From: an uncultured Thermoleophilia bacterium
GTDB lineage: Bacteria > Actinomycetota > Thermoleophilia > UBA2241
DNA: 64,000 nt
NCBI GenBank assembly: GCA_963702475.1
Contig: CAVPCT010000003.1
Span: 512,001-576,000, forward strand
Direction: 5' to 3'
Part shown: positions 39,267-48,978 of the stretch, piece by piece
Numbering within the stretch: the first letter of the stretch is position 1
How the letters are laid out: each line of letters opens with the position of its first letter
Program-made: the position numbers and the translations under genes
Notes under the pieces: model-generated
Database searches by the model: none
The model's input: only the letters and a program-made list of their open reading frames with translations
Told to the model about the DNA's origin: nothing

Positions 39267-41995
39267 AGGTCACGCGCCGCGAGCTGCTGGTCGGTGCCGG
39301 CGCCACCGCCGGGACGGCGGCCGTGGCCGGCGCCCTCGGCCCCAAGGCCGCCGACGTCCTCGCCGGCAGGGATGAGACCCCGCAGTCCCTGCCGGTGGAC
39401 CGGGTGGTGCGCACCACGTGCTCGCCCAACTGCACCGGCTCGTGCGGCCAACTCGCGTTCGTGCGCGACGGCAAGGTGGTCAAGGTGCAGCAGGCCGCCG
39501 ACTACCCGGAGAACGAGTACAACCCGCGCGGCTGCATGAAGGGGATCTCGTACCACCTGCTCATCCACGGCCCCGACCGCATCCAGGCCCCATTGGTGCG
39601 CGAGGGCGAACGAGGGTCCGGGGAGTTCCGCGAGGCCACGTGGGAGGAGGTGCTCGACCGCATCGCCGCCGAGCTCAAGCGCATCGGCGACACCTGGGGC
39701 TGGGACTCCGTCCATGTGTTCAGCCAGGTGCCCGGCTCAGGGTATATCCAGAAGGGCGCCGCCTACCGCGCCTGCGCCGCGCTCGGCATGACGCACGGCA
39801 CGAGCTTCGACTTCAACGGCGACCTGCCCATGGGCATGCCGATCACGTTCGGTGTGCAGAACGCCGAGCACGAATCCAAGGATTGGGCCAAGAGCCGCTT
39901 CATCCTCCTGATCGGCGCCAACCCGCTCGAGACGCGCATCCCCGACGCGCACTTCATCCACGACGCCGTGGCCGCCGGCGCGCGCCTCGTGGTCGTCGAC
40001 CCGACCTACTCCTCCACGGCGTCCAAGGCCGACGCCTGGCTGCAGATCAAGCCCGGCACCGACGCGGCGCTCGGACTCGCCCTGTCCCGCCAGGTGATCG
40101 AGGACGACGCTGCCGATTGGGACTTCATGCGCACGTTCACGGACGCGCCACTGTTGGTGCGCGCGGACACCGGCAGGCGCCTGCGCGCGCACGAGCTGGC
40201 GGCCGGGCAGGCGCACGACCCCGGCCCGGCGGCCGGCGTGGGCCTGGGCGAGTACGGCGCCGAGGCGCCGCTCGTCGGCACGGCTCCCGAACAGCCACCG
40301 GGCCCGGCGGCTCACGGCCTGCCGGCCCTGTCCAAGGACCGCTACGTGGCCTGGGACGCCGCGCGCGGCGGTGCCGTCGTCATCGGCACCGACCGGCTCG
40401 GCGTGCCCGAGGGCGCCGACCTCGCCCTCGACGGCGACTACGCCGTCAAGCTCGCCGACGGCTCGCGCGTGCGCGTGACACCCGGTTTCGCGCTCGTGCA
40501 GCAGGAGCTGGCTGCCTGGACGCCGGAGAAGGCCTCGGGGGTCACCGGCGTCCCGGCCGACACCATCGTGCGCCTCGCCCGCTCCTTCGCTGCGCAGCGT
40601 CCTGCCGCCGTCATCATGGGCGGCGGCAGCAACCACTGGTTCCACGGCGATCTCACCGGCCGCGCTTTCGCCCTGCTCGCGTCACTCACCGGCAACGTCG
40701 GCCGCTCCGGCGGCGGCTTCTCCGTGTACGTCGGCCAGTACAAGGTGCGCGTGGACACGTCGCCCTGGTGGGCCCTCGGCGACGTGAAGGCGAAGATCGT
40801 GCCCAGCGTGTACTTCGTGCGCGGCCGCACTGAGACGATGAACCCGCTCGTGCCGTACCCAGAGAACGGCTTCAAGGCGCTGATCTGCACCTTCGCCAAC
40901 ATGTTCCTGCAGGCCATGGACGTGAACCGCCTGCACGAGACCCTGGACGGCTGCGAACTGGTCGTGGTCGTCGACCACCAGATGACCGACACGGTGAAGT
41001 ACGCCGATATCGTGCTGCCGGCCGCCACCTGGTACGAGAAGACCGACCTCACCGCCACGCCCCTGCACCCTTACCTGCAGATCCAGCAGGAGGCCATCCC
41101 GCCGGTGGGCGAGTCCAAGCCCGAGCTGTGGATGTGGCAGGAGATCGTCAAGCGCATCGACCCGGAGCTGTTCGCGCAGTGGTTCGACGTCACGGCGGAG
41201 GAGGCGATCGAGCAGATCCTCGCGCGCGGCGGCGCCACGGCGGGGATCACCCTGGAGCAGCTCCAGGCCGGTCCGGTGCGCCTGGGCGTGCCGGACCCGG
41301 ACGTGGCCTTCGTGCGCCAGGTCCGCGAGCTCGCGCCCTTCCCGCCGGTGTCGCTGCCGGCGCCGCTCGAGGCCACGGCGCAGTTCATCCCCACGCGCCG
41401 GGCCGAGTTCTACAAAGAGGAGGAGCGCTTCATCGAGCTCGACGAGACCGTGCCGACGTACAAGCCGCCGCACGATGACGAGGTGCACGACCCGGCCGAG
41501 TACCCCATCACCCTGCTCTCGCCGCACTCCAAGTGGCGCATCCACTCGAGCTACGCCAACGTGGCGTGGCTGAACGAGATCACCGGCGGCAAGGCGCCCG
41601 TGCTGTTGAGCCCGGAGACCGCTGCGGCGCTGTGCATCGACGAAGGCGACCTCGTGGAGCTCCGCAACACCCGCGGAAGCGTGCGCGCCTGGGCCCACCT
41701 GACCGAGGCGGCCACCCCCGGCACCGCGACCCTGTTCGAGGGCTGGTGGAGCCGTCAGCTGGGCGGCGGCAAGAGCGTCAACGAGCTGACCTCGTCCGAG
41801 GTCAATCCCATCCACGAGGTCCACTACGTCGCCAATATGTGGTCGCCGTCCACGGGCTGGAAGGACTGCCGCTGCCAACTGGCCAAGGTCGTCGACGGCG
41901 AGCCCTTCCTCATGGGCACGCCGGCCGGCATGGAGGAGGAGACGGTGCCGGCGGCCGAAGGTCCCGCGTCCCCGCTGGAGGTGAGTCATGCCTGA
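39263..41995 (+). CDS. Tat-exported Mo-bis-PGD oxidoreductase catalytic subunit, type II (NarG/PcrA/SerA-like)
   Basis: TRRELL signal; FS0 motif CSPNCTGSC...YNPRGCMKG; FDFNGDLP (Asp Mo ligand position); IKPGTDAAL; ADIVLPAATWYEK; PHSKWRIHS. Confidence 0.9.
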   Translation: MKVTRRELLVGAGATAGTAAVAGALGPKAADVLAGRDETPQSLPVDRVVRTTCSPNCTGSCGQLAFVRDGKVVKVQQAADYPENEYNPRGCMKGISYHLLIHGPDRIQAPLVREGERGSGEFREATWEEVLDRIAAELKRIGDTWGWDSVHVFSQVPGSGYIQKGAAYRACAALGMTHGTSFDFNGDLPMGMPITFGVQNAEHESKDWAKSRFILLIGANPLETRIPDAHFIHDAVAAGARLVVVDPTYSSTASKADAWLQIKPGTDAALGLALSRQVIEDDAADWDFMRTFTDAPLLVRADTGRRLRAHELAAGQAHDPGPAAGVGLGEYGAEAPLVGTAPEQPPGPAAHGLPALSKDRYVAWDAARGGAVVIGTDRLGVPEGADLALDGDYAVKLADGSRVRVTPGFALVQQELAAWTPEKASGVTGVPADTIVRLARSFAAQRPAAVIMGGGSNHWFHGDLTGRAFALLASLTGNVGRSGGGFSVYVGQYKVRVDTSPWWALGDVKAKIVPSVYFVRGRTETMNPLVPYPENGFKALICTFANMFLQAMDVNRLHETLDGCELVVVVDHQMTDTVKYADIVLPAATWYEKTDLTATPLHPYLQIQQEAIPPVGESKPELWMWQEIVKRIDPELFAQWFDVTAEEAIEQILARGGATAGITLEQLQAGPVRLGVPDPDVAFVRQVRELAPFPPVSLPAPLEATAQFIPTRRAEFYKEEERFIELDETVPTYKPPHDDEVHDPAEYPITLLSPHSKWRIHSSYANVAWLNEITGGKAPVLLSPETAAALCIDEGDLVELRNTRGSVRAWAHLTEAATPGTATLFEGWWSRQLGGGKSVNELTSSEVNPIHEVHYVANMWSPSTGWKDCRCQLAKVVDGEPFLMGTPAGMEEETVPAAEGPASPLEVSHA

Positions 41996-42701
41996 GAAGG
42001 TCTCGCCCATCGAAGCCCTGCCGCCGGCCTCCCGCGAGTATGGCAGCATCGGCGAGGTGTCCGCGAAACCGCGCTGGGCGATGGTGGTCGACCAGGAGCG
42101 CTGCATCGGTTGCTGGTCGTGCTGCGTCATCTGCAAGTCCGAGAACGACATCCCGCTCGGCATGTGGTGGAATCGCATCGATACGGTCGGGGCGTCGCTC
42201 GACACGCCGCGCCGCGTGTTCGGCGAGCTGGAGATGCACTGGATGCCGCTCGCCTGCCAGCACTGCGAGAACCCGGCCTGCACCAAGGTGTGCCCCGTGC
42301 AGGCCACGTACCCCCGTGAGGACGGCGTGGTGATGCAGGACTCGCAGCGCTGCATCGGCTGCCGCCTCTGCCTGGTGGCGTGTCCCTACGGCGTGCGCAC
42401 GTTCAACTGGGGCAAGCCCGACCGGCCTGTGGACTTCGACACCGGGATGGTGCCGCCGCGTCCCGTCGGCACCATGGAGAAGTGCACCTTCTGCGTGCAC
42501 CGCCTCTCCGAGGGCCAGCTGCCGTCGTGCGTGTGGTCCTGCCCCGCCCAGGCGCGGATCTTCGGTGATCTCAACGATCCGCAGAGCCGCGTGAGCACGC
42601 TGATCAGGGAGCGCGGCGGCGAGCAGTTGCTGGCCGAGCGCGGCACCGACCCGCGCGTCTTCTATCTGCCGCCGCGCCGCAAGAGGGGGCTGGACACATG
42701 A
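41988..42701 (+). CDS. Four-cluster 4Fe-4S subunit (DmsB/NrfC/PsrB type)
   Basis: CIGCWSCCVIC, CQHCENPACTKVCP, CIGCRLCLVACPY, KCTFC...PSCVWSCP. Confidence 0.93.
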   Translation: MPEKVSPIEALPPASREYGSIGEVSAKPRWAMVVDQERCIGCWSCCVICKSENDIPLGMWWNRIDTVGASLDTPRRVFGELEMHWMPLACQHCENPACTKVCPVQATYPREDGVVMQDSQRCIGCRLCLVACPYGVRTFNWGKPDRPVDFDTGMVPPRPVGTMEKCTFCVHRLSEGQLPSCVWSCPAQARIFGDLNDPQSRVSTLIRERGGEQLLAERGTDPRVFYLPPRRKRGLDT

Positions 42702-44050
42702 GCGCAGCCACGACATCCGCGACTCCGGCCGCCCGGCGCCCGTCCCTGAAGACCGTCGACCGCCGCCTGGCGCTGTGGCTGGCGGCCCTGCTGGCCGGCC
42801 TCGTCCTCGGTCTGGGCGCGTGGGCCTATCAGCTGAGCAACGGCCTGGCCGTGACCAACATGCGCAACCCCATGATGTGGGGCTTGTACATCACGCTCTT
42901 CATGTACTTCGTGGGCCTCTCGGCCGGCGGGCTCATCGTCGCCTCCGCCGGCCGGCTGTTCGGGGCCACGCGCCTCAAGCCCATCGTGCGCGTGGCCGTG
43001 CTCGAGGCCGCGGTGGCGGTGCTGATCGCGGCCCTGCTGCTGCTCCCCGACATCGGGCGCCCCGACCGCGTCCTCAACCTGCTGCTGCACGCCCACGCCA
43101 CCTCGCCGCTCATCTGGGACTTTGCCATCGTGACCGTGTACTTCCTGCTCTCGGCGACCTACGTGTGGGTCTACACGCGCGCCGATCTCGCGCGTCGCGG
43201 CAGTTTCATCGCGCTCGGCACCGGCCTCTCCGGGAAAGCCTTGCGCCGCGACGACCTCGCCAAGGGCGTGCTCGCGGCGGTGGGCCTTCCGGCGGCGATC
43301 CTGCTGCACTCCATCACCTCGTGGATCTTCGGCCTGCAGATCGCCCGCGGCTTCTGGTACTCGGCCATCATGGCGCCACTGTTCATCGCCTCGGCACTGG
43401 TCTCCGGCACCGGTCTCATGATCCTGCTCTCGCTCGTGATGCGGCGCCTGGGCAGGGTCGAGTTCAAGGACCGGCTGGTGGCGTACCTGGGCGGCATGCT
43501 GGCGGTGTTCGTGGCTGTCGAGGCGTTCCTGGTGTTCTCGGAGATGCTCACGGCGGCGTACCCGGGTGCCGCCTACGAGGCCGACCCGGCGCGCCGCCTG
43601 CTGTACGGGCCCTACGCGCCGTTCTTCTGGTTCGAAGTGCTGGTCGGCCTGGCCGTGCCGTTCGTGCTGCTGGTCGTGCCTCGCTGGCGGCGGCGTTTGC
43701 CCGTCGTCGCGGTGGCCTCCGTGCTGGCGGTGGTGGGGATCCTGATCCACCGCCTGAACATCGTGCTCAACGGGCTCTCGTACGCGACCGTGCCGTACCC
43801 GCCCGGGGTCTCCATCGGCACCTCGCAGCCGCAGGGCGTGACTTCGTTCGCCCTGCACCTGTTCTACCGTCCGAGCCTCATCGAGTACCTGGTGGCGCTC
43901 GGGGTGCTGTGCTTCGGCGCCCTCGTGTTCACGCTGGCGGCGTGGATCCTGCCGCTGCGGGAGAAGGTGCCGGATCATGGAGAGGACGAGACGACCGAAG
44001 CGCAGGACGGTCCCCTGAAGGCCGCTCGCCTCGACCCGGAGGGCGGTTGA
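42698..44050 (+). CDS. NrfD/PsrC family membrane anchor
   Basis: GLAVTNM....WGLYI..F.YFVGLSAG, DIGRPDR, SPLIWD, HSITSWIFG...R..W.S....PLFIASALVSG; about 10 TM helices. Confidence 0.93.
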   Translation: MSAATTSATPAARRPSLKTVDRRLALWLAALLAGLVLGLGAWAYQLSNGLAVTNMRNPMMWGLYITLFMYFVGLSAGGLIVASAGRLFGATRLKPIVRVAVLEAAVAVLIAALLLLPDIGRPDRVLNLLLHAHATSPLIWDFAIVTVYFLLSATYVWVYTRADLARRGSFIALGTGLSGKALRRDDLAKGVLAAVGLPAAILLHSITSWIFGLQIARGFWYSAIMAPLFIASALVSGTGLMILLSLVMRRLGRVEFKDRLVAYLGGMLAVFVAVEAFLVFSEMLTAAYPGAAYEADPARRLLYGPYAPFFWFEVLVGLAVPFVLLVVPRWRRRLPVVAVASVLAVVGILIHRLNIVLNGLSYATVPYPPGVSIGTSQPQGVTSFALHLFYRPSLIEYLVALGVLCFGALVFTLAAWILPLREKVPDHGEDETTEAQDGPLKAARLDPEGG

Positions 44051-44093
44051 TGGCCAGCCTGCTGTCACCCCCGCGGACACGGCGTAGACTGAC

Positions 44094-44549
44094 GTGGTGC
44101 GACTCGAGCTGACGAAGCGCGGCGATTACGCCATCCGGGCGATGCTCGCCCTCGCCTGCGGCGGGGGCGAGCGGATGCTCAGCGCCCCGCGCATCGCCGA
44201 GGAGATGGTGATGCCACCGCGCTTTCTGCCGCAGGTGATGGGCGACCTCGTGCGCGCGGAGCTGGTGACGAGCGAACCGGGCCGGGCAGGAGGCTATCGC
44301 CTTGCCCGGCCCGCCTCCGCCATCAGTCTGCTGGCCATCATCGAGGCCATCGAGGGCGACAGCCGCCGCCAGACGTGCGTACTGCGCGGCGGCCCGTGCT
44401 CCGCCGGCGGCGTCTGCGCCGTGCACGCCGCCTTCTTCGCCGCGCAAGACGCGCTTCTCGCCGAGCTGGACGGCGTCTCGCTGGCCGACGTCAGCGGACC
44501 CGGGCCTGACTGCCGCCTGCCGGTCGAGCAGCAGGCCGCTCGCGCCTGA
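44094..44549 (+). CDS. Rrf2 family transcriptional regulator with three Cys (Fe-S type)
   Basis: DYAIRAM..LA, FLPQVM.DL, GGYRLARP..ISL..II.AIEG, C-x6-C-x5-C..H; own promoter CTGTCA-17-TAGACT (44062-44090) suggests leaderless start at 44097. Confidence 0.92.
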   Translation: MVRLELTKRGDYAIRAMLALACGGGERMLSAPRIAEEMVMPPRFLPQVMGDLVRAELVTSEPGRAGGYRLARPASAISLLAIIEAIEGDSRRQTCVLRGGPCSAGGVCAVHAAFFAAQDALLAELDGVSLADVSGPGPDCRLPVEQQAARA

Positions 44550-44634
44550 AGACCCGGCCCGGCGCTGGAGTGCCGGTCTGATCGACCGGGACCGTCGGTG
44601 CCGGGTGCGTTCCGCGGGGTCCGGCCCGCGGGAC

Positions 44635-44672
44635 GAGAGGGGGGCGGGGCCACGTGGCCCCGCCCCCTTCTC
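44635..44672. terminator. Hairpin between convergent operons (possible bidirectional terminator)
   Basis: GAGAGGGGGGCGGGGCCA-CG-TGGCCCCGCCCCCTTCTC, followed by (GCGTCT)x3. Confidence 0.65.
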
Positions 44673-44741
44673 GCGTCTGCGTCTGCGTCTGCCAGCCCGT
44701 CCCGGCGCCCTTCCCTCAGGGGCGGCTCACGCCGCCGTGCC

Positions 44742-45575
44742 TCACGCCTTCCAGACCGCGATGTCGCCGACGTTGATGTCGGCGGTGGCGTCCACCGGCC
44801 CCATCTTCACCGGCAGGTAGCCGGCCTTCTCGATGAGCAGCGTGTACGTGCCCGGCTCCAGGTCGCGCAGCCAGAAATCGCCGTAGCTGTCGGTCGTGTC
44901 GGAGCAACTGGCGCCGCTCGTCGTGCTGGTCGCCGTGACCGTCGCGCCCTCGGTGCACTCGTCGGCCTCGCTGTCGTACACCGCGCCGGCGATGAACGGC
45001 CTCGGCAGGCCCTTGTAGAACACGCGCGGCTTGACGTCCTCGTGACCGGCCTTGAGCACGGCCTCGGCTTTGGCGATGAGCGCCACGATCTGCGGGTCGT
45101 CCTCGTCGCCGAACGCGAAGGCGCCCGTCGGACACGCGTCCACGCAGCGCGGCTCGGTCCAGCCGTCGTCCAGCAGGTGCGCGCAGAAGGTGCACTTCTG
45201 GGCGATGTTGAGCGAGTCGTTGAAGTAGATGACGTCCTCGTAGGGGCACGCCTCCAGGCAGAGCTGGTTACCGCGGCACTTGTCCGGGTCGATGATCACG
45301 GCCCCGTCGTCGCGCTTGTAGATGGCGTCGGCGTTGCAGGCCGGGATGCACGGGGCCTCGTCGCAGTGCTGGCAGATGCTGTGCGTGTAGGTGACCTTCA
45401 CCTTCGGCACCTGGCCGCGCACCATGTCGGTGATCTTGTTCCAGAACTGGCCGGTGTCGGGCTGCGGCTTGGCGATGGGCGACCAGTCGTTGGCCACGTG
45501 CTCGTCCTTGCAGGCCACCTGGCAGTTGTAGCAGCCGTTGCAGATGTCGTAGTCGATGACGAGGACCTTGCCCAT
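44742..45575 (-). CDS. Transhydroxylase-family beta subunit (Fe-S plus C-terminal beta-sandwich)
   Basis: CNGCYNCQVACKDEH..NDW, CQHCDEAPC..AC, CRGNQLCLEACPY, KCTFCAHLLDDGW..PRC, T..YGDFWL..LEPG.Y; TGATG coupling to alpha subunit. Confidence 0.9.
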   Translation of the reverse strand: MGKVLVIDYDICNGCYNCQVACKDEHVANDWSPIAKPQPDTGQFWNKITDMVRGQVPKVKVTYTHSICQHCDEAPCIPACNADAIYKRDDGAVIIDPDKCRGNQLCLEACPYEDVIYFNDSLNIAQKCTFCAHLLDDGWTEPRCVDACPTGAFAFGDEDDPQIVALIAKAEAVLKAGHEDVKPRVFYKGLPRPFIAGAVYDSEADECTEGATVTATSTTSGASCSDTTDSYGDFWLRDLEPGTYTLLIEKAGYLPVKMGPVDATADINVGDIAVWKA

Positions 45576-48175
45576 CACGCCCTCCCCCAGATGCAGGCTT
45601 CCAATCCGGGCCCGGCACACGGGTGGAACGGCTTCTCGAACGCTTCCGGATACTTGGCCTTGAGTGCTGCCATGTCGGTCTTCTCGATGTCCACGAGGAA
45701 GCCGCTGACGGCGTGGCCGACGGCGTTCTTCGAGGTGGTGTGCCGCGGGACGATGGTGTTGATGGCGCCGCCGCGGTCGAGCTCGCCGGGGACGATGGGG
45801 TCCCACTTGGCGCCGTGGTCGATGTACACGACGTCGGGCATGATGCGCTCGGTCACGTAGGCGCCGGAGAGCACGGCGCCGCGGTCGTTGAAGATCGTGA
45901 CCACGTCGCCGTCCTTGATGCCGTAGCGCTCTGCCGTGGACGGGTGCAGCCAGATGGGATGGTACTGGTAGCCGTCCGGACCGGTGACCTTGCCGGTGTT
46001 GGGGATCTCACGCAGCCAGGTGATGTCCTCGTGCTGCGAATGCACGCTCCAGCGTGGGTGGTTGGAGACCACGAGCAGCGGATACTTCTTGCTGCGCTCC
46101 GTCTCCAGCGTCTCCTCGTGACTGATGCCGCTGGCGACCCACTTGGGCACCGGCGGCCGCTCGAGGTCGTCGGGGAAGTTTTCCGTAAGGCCCTGCGCCT
46201 CGAACTCGAGCTTGCCGGTGGGCGTGGTGAGCGGGTACTTCTCGGGGTCCTTGTAGAAGTTGTAGAACCCGGCCGGCACGTCCTCCCAGCCGTTGTCCGT
46301 GGGGACCGCGTAGTAGCCCTTCTCGTTGAGCTCCTCCCAGGTGATGAGGTCCTCGCAGCGCGAGGTCTCGTACCCGTACTTGATGAGCTCGGGGATGGTC
46401 TTGCCGCCGGTGTACTCCTCCTTGAGGCCGAGGCGCTCGCTGAGCATGACGGCGATCTCGTAGTCGCTGAAGCTCTCGCCCAGCGGCTCGATGCACTTGT
46501 GCTCGGGAAAGAGGAGGTTGTACTGCCCGCTGAAGATGTCGCCGGCGATATCGTCCTCTTCGAGCTTGGTGTTCACGGGGAGGATGATGTCGGCCAGCAG
46601 GCAGTCGTTCTCCAGCCACGGGTGCTGCGCGAACATGAACTCGATGTCCGGGTGGCGCATGGCGTTCACGTAGTCGTTGCCCGAGTTCCAGCAGGTGATC
46701 CAGCTCGGCGAGTCGGTCCACACCATGTGGACCTTGCTGCAGCCGTCGGCCGGGTACTTGTAGTGCACGAACTGGTTGACGCGGTCGGCGGTCTCGGACT
46801 CGCAGCCGTACCAGTCGCACTCGCCCTCGAGGATGGCCTTGGGGATGTACGTCTTGGGGATGAACGACGGGTGGTTGCTCTCGTCCGGGTGGCCGCCGGT
46901 GTAGGCCTTGCGCAGGTACGGCACGCGCAGCGGCTTGGGCTGGGCGTACTGGTCCGGCTTGTCGAACAGGCCCCATTCGATCATCTTGGCCTGGTTCTGA
47001 CCGGGCTTGCCCAGGCCCTGCATGGCCAGGCAGATGCCCTGCAGGCGCGCCGGCTCGGTGGCGTAGGGGCCGCGGATGCCGGGCCCGCCGTTGCCGATGA
47101 CGACCGTGGTGCGCTTGCTCGCCCACTCGTCGGCGAGGGCCTTGATGACGCGCGCCTTGACGCCGCAGATGGGCTCCGCCCACTCCGGTGACTTCTCCAC
47201 GCCGTCCTCGTCGCCCATCACGTAGGCCTCGAACTTGTCGACGCCCACGGCGTGGGTGTCGAGGTACTCCTTGTCGTAGGTGCCCTGCTTGAACCAGCGG
47301 TGGCAGATCGCCAGGTACAGCGCGGCGTCCGTGTTGGGGAGCACCGGGATCCAGCGGTCGGCGTGCACGGCGGCGGCGTAGTTGAGGTCGGGGCACACGT
47401 AGATCTGCTTGATGCCGATCTCACTCCACCAGTAGCTCAGGCGGCTCGGGAGCTGGCCCTGCCAGCCCCACGGGGTGGTCTCCTGGTCGCAGCCCCAGAA
47501 CAGCAGCAGCTCGGCGTTCTTGGAGATGTCCCAGAGCAGGTTGCTCTGCTGGCCCTGGCCGACCGGCTCGCAGCCCCAGAAGTGCTTGTTGCCCCACCAC
47601 CAGCCTTCCCAGCTGTCGGGCTGGCGGATCTGGAGGGTGAAGCCGCCCCAGGCGCGCAGCAGCTTACGCCCCGCGCCGTGGCAGGCCTGGACGACCTTGT
47701 TCTCGCCGTGCTGGTCGCACTGGTACAGCAGGGCGGTCGGCCCGTACTTCTCCTTGATGCGCTGCATCTCGCCGGTGATGACGTCCAGGGCCTCGTCCCA
47801 GGAGATGCGCTTGTACTTGCTCACGCCGCGGTTCTGCGGGTTGCGCTCGCCGTTGGGGTCGAAGTCCACGCGCATCATGGGGTAGCGGATGCGCGCGGGC
47901 GAGTAGACGCGCTTCTTGTAGGCGATGCTGTACGGCGGGATCAGGGTCTTCATGCTGGGCTCGAACGTGCTGCCGCGCACCTCGAACTTCCAGGGGTTCA
48001 GATCCGCCTTCTTGTACTTCCAGTCGTAGTGCATGGGGCGGATGCGGATGATCTTGCCGTCCTTGACGTCGACCATCGACGCGTTGGAGCCGTTCTCCGG
48101 GACGCCGCAGAAGCTGATGTCACGGATCAGGGTCTTTTCCCCCGAGGCTCCGGTCCTGCTCATGTCCTCCGCCAT
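45575..48175 (-). CDS. Divergent AthL-family cytoplasmic Mo-bis-PGD enzyme, alpha subunit (paralogue 1)
   Basis: No signal, no FS0 cluster; VDVKDGKIIRIRP, RVDFDPNGERNPQNRG, PDSWEGWWWG (Ser ligand), NHPRW..H; SD AGGAGG. Confidence 0.88.
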   Translation of the reverse strand: MAEDMSRTGASGEKTLIRDISFCGVPENGSNASMVDVKDGKIIRIRPMHYDWKYKKADLNPWKFEVRGSTFEPSMKTLIPPYSIAYKKRVYSPARIRYPMMRVDFDPNGERNPQNRGVSKYKRISWDEALDVITGEMQRIKEKYGPTALLYQCDQHGENKVVQACHGAGRKLLRAWGGFTLQIRQPDSWEGWWWGNKHFWGCEPVGQGQQSNLLWDISKNAELLLFWGCDQETTPWGWQGQLPSRLSYWWSEIGIKQIYVCPDLNYAAAVHADRWIPVLPNTDAALYLAICHRWFKQGTYDKEYLDTHAVGVDKFEAYVMGDEDGVEKSPEWAEPICGVKARVIKALADEWASKRTTVVIGNGGPGIRGPYATEPARLQGICLAMQGLGKPGQNQAKMIEWGLFDKPDQYAQPKPLRVPYLRKAYTGGHPDESNHPSFIPKTYIPKAILEGECDWYGCESETADRVNQFVHYKYPADGCSKVHMVWTDSPSWITCWNSGNDYVNAMRHPDIEFMFAQHPWLENDCLLADIILPVNTKLEEDDIAGDIFSGQYNLLFPEHKCIEPLGESFSDYEIAVMLSERLGLKEEYTGGKTIPELIKYGYETSRCEDLITWEELNEKGYYAVPTDNGWEDVPAGFYNFYKDPEKYPLTTPTGKLEFEAQGLTENFPDDLERPPVPKWVASGISHEETLETERSKKYPLLVVSNHPRWSVHSQHEDITWLREIPNTGKVTGPDGYQYHPIWLHPSTAERYGIKDGDVVTIFNDRGAVLSGAYVTERIMPDVVYIDHGAKWDPIVPGELDRGGAINTIVPRHTTSKNAVGHAVSGFLVDIEKTDMAALKAKYPEAFEKPFHPCAGPGLEACIWGRA

Positions 48176-48251
48176 ACTGCTACCTCCTGCTCGACGGCTG
48201 AGGAGCCGTGGCGTCGACCGGCCTCCGGCTCCGTGTGACTCCGTGCGCAAT

Positions 48252-48335
48252 TCTCACGATGCGGAACAGCTCGACCGCATCATGGGCACTACTCTCTGCC
48301 CCGGAACGGGGAGTGTCAAGTGCCGCGATGCGGGA
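48252..48335 (-). promoter_or_regulatory. Promoter of paralogue 1 with IclR-type 15-bp boxes
   Basis: Minus strand: TCCCGCATCGCGGCA, TTGACA (48319-48314), then GCCCATGATGCGGTC-N6-TTCCGCATCGTGAGA. Confidence 0.6.
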
Positions 48336-48408
48336 CTCCGGCTACCCTTGAGGATGCCGGCGGGTGACGTTGCGGGGCGGGCGCAGCGCAGCGCCCGAGG
48401 CCCGCGTG

Positions 48409-48927
48409 TCAGTACGCGCGCAGGGTGTCGAGCCGGGCGGCGAGGAAGGCGGCCAACCCGGCGCCGTCCTCGAGGCCGAAGCGGTGCTCGTGCTCCAGGC
48501 CCGAGTCCGTGACCAGGGCGATGGCCTCGCCGGGGGCGCACAGCGGCTCGGCGTGGCCGGCGCCGAGGCGGAACAGCTCCACGCGGTACGGCGCCGTGCG
48601 CTTGTAGCCTTCGGCGACCACGATGTCGAAGTCGCCGAAGTACGTCTTCACGATCTCGGCGAGTCCGAGCTCGCCGTCGAGCTTGGTGATGAACGCCAGG
48701 CGCTCGGGCGAGGAGATGGCGTAGGCACGGGCTCCGGCCTGGCCGTGCCGCCAGGAATCCTTGCCGGGGTGGTCGATCTCGAAGCTGTGCGCGTCGTGCT
48801 TGACGGTGCCGACGCGCAGGTCGAGCTTGACGAGCTCGGGCACGACCTTCTCGATGAGCGTGGTCTTGCCCGAGTCGCTCTTGCCGACGATGGCGACGAG
48901 GGCCGGCTGCTGCGGTGCGTCGTTCAT
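48409..48927 (-). CDS. mobB: Molybdopterin-guanine dinucleotide biosynthesis protein B
   Basis: IVGKSDSGKTTLIEK, TVKHDAH.FEID.PGKDSWRH..AGA, EGYK. Confidence 0.94.
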   Translation of the reverse strand: MNDAPQQPALVAIVGKSDSGKTTLIEKVVPELVKLDLRVGTVKHDAHSFEIDHPGKDSWRHGQAGARAYAISSPERLAFITKLDGELGLAEIVKTYFGDFDIVVAEGYKRTAPYRVELFRLGAGHAEPLCAPGEAIALVTDSGLEHEHRFGLEDGAGLAAFLAARLDTLRAY

Positions 48928-48978
48928 GCGTGTGATGCTATGCGACGACGCGGTCCCGGCGAAACCCGGCCCGGCAGC

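Noticed and set aside
39263-41995. Calling the enzyme narG, dmsA or nxrA
   Set aside because: Asp ligand argues against DmsA; size, FS0 motif and partner subunits differ from canonical NarG and NxrA, so no symbol is assigned.
44673-44692. (GCGTCT)x3 microsatellite as a phase-variation tract
   Set aside because: Only three units, between convergent gene ends where length change would have little effect.
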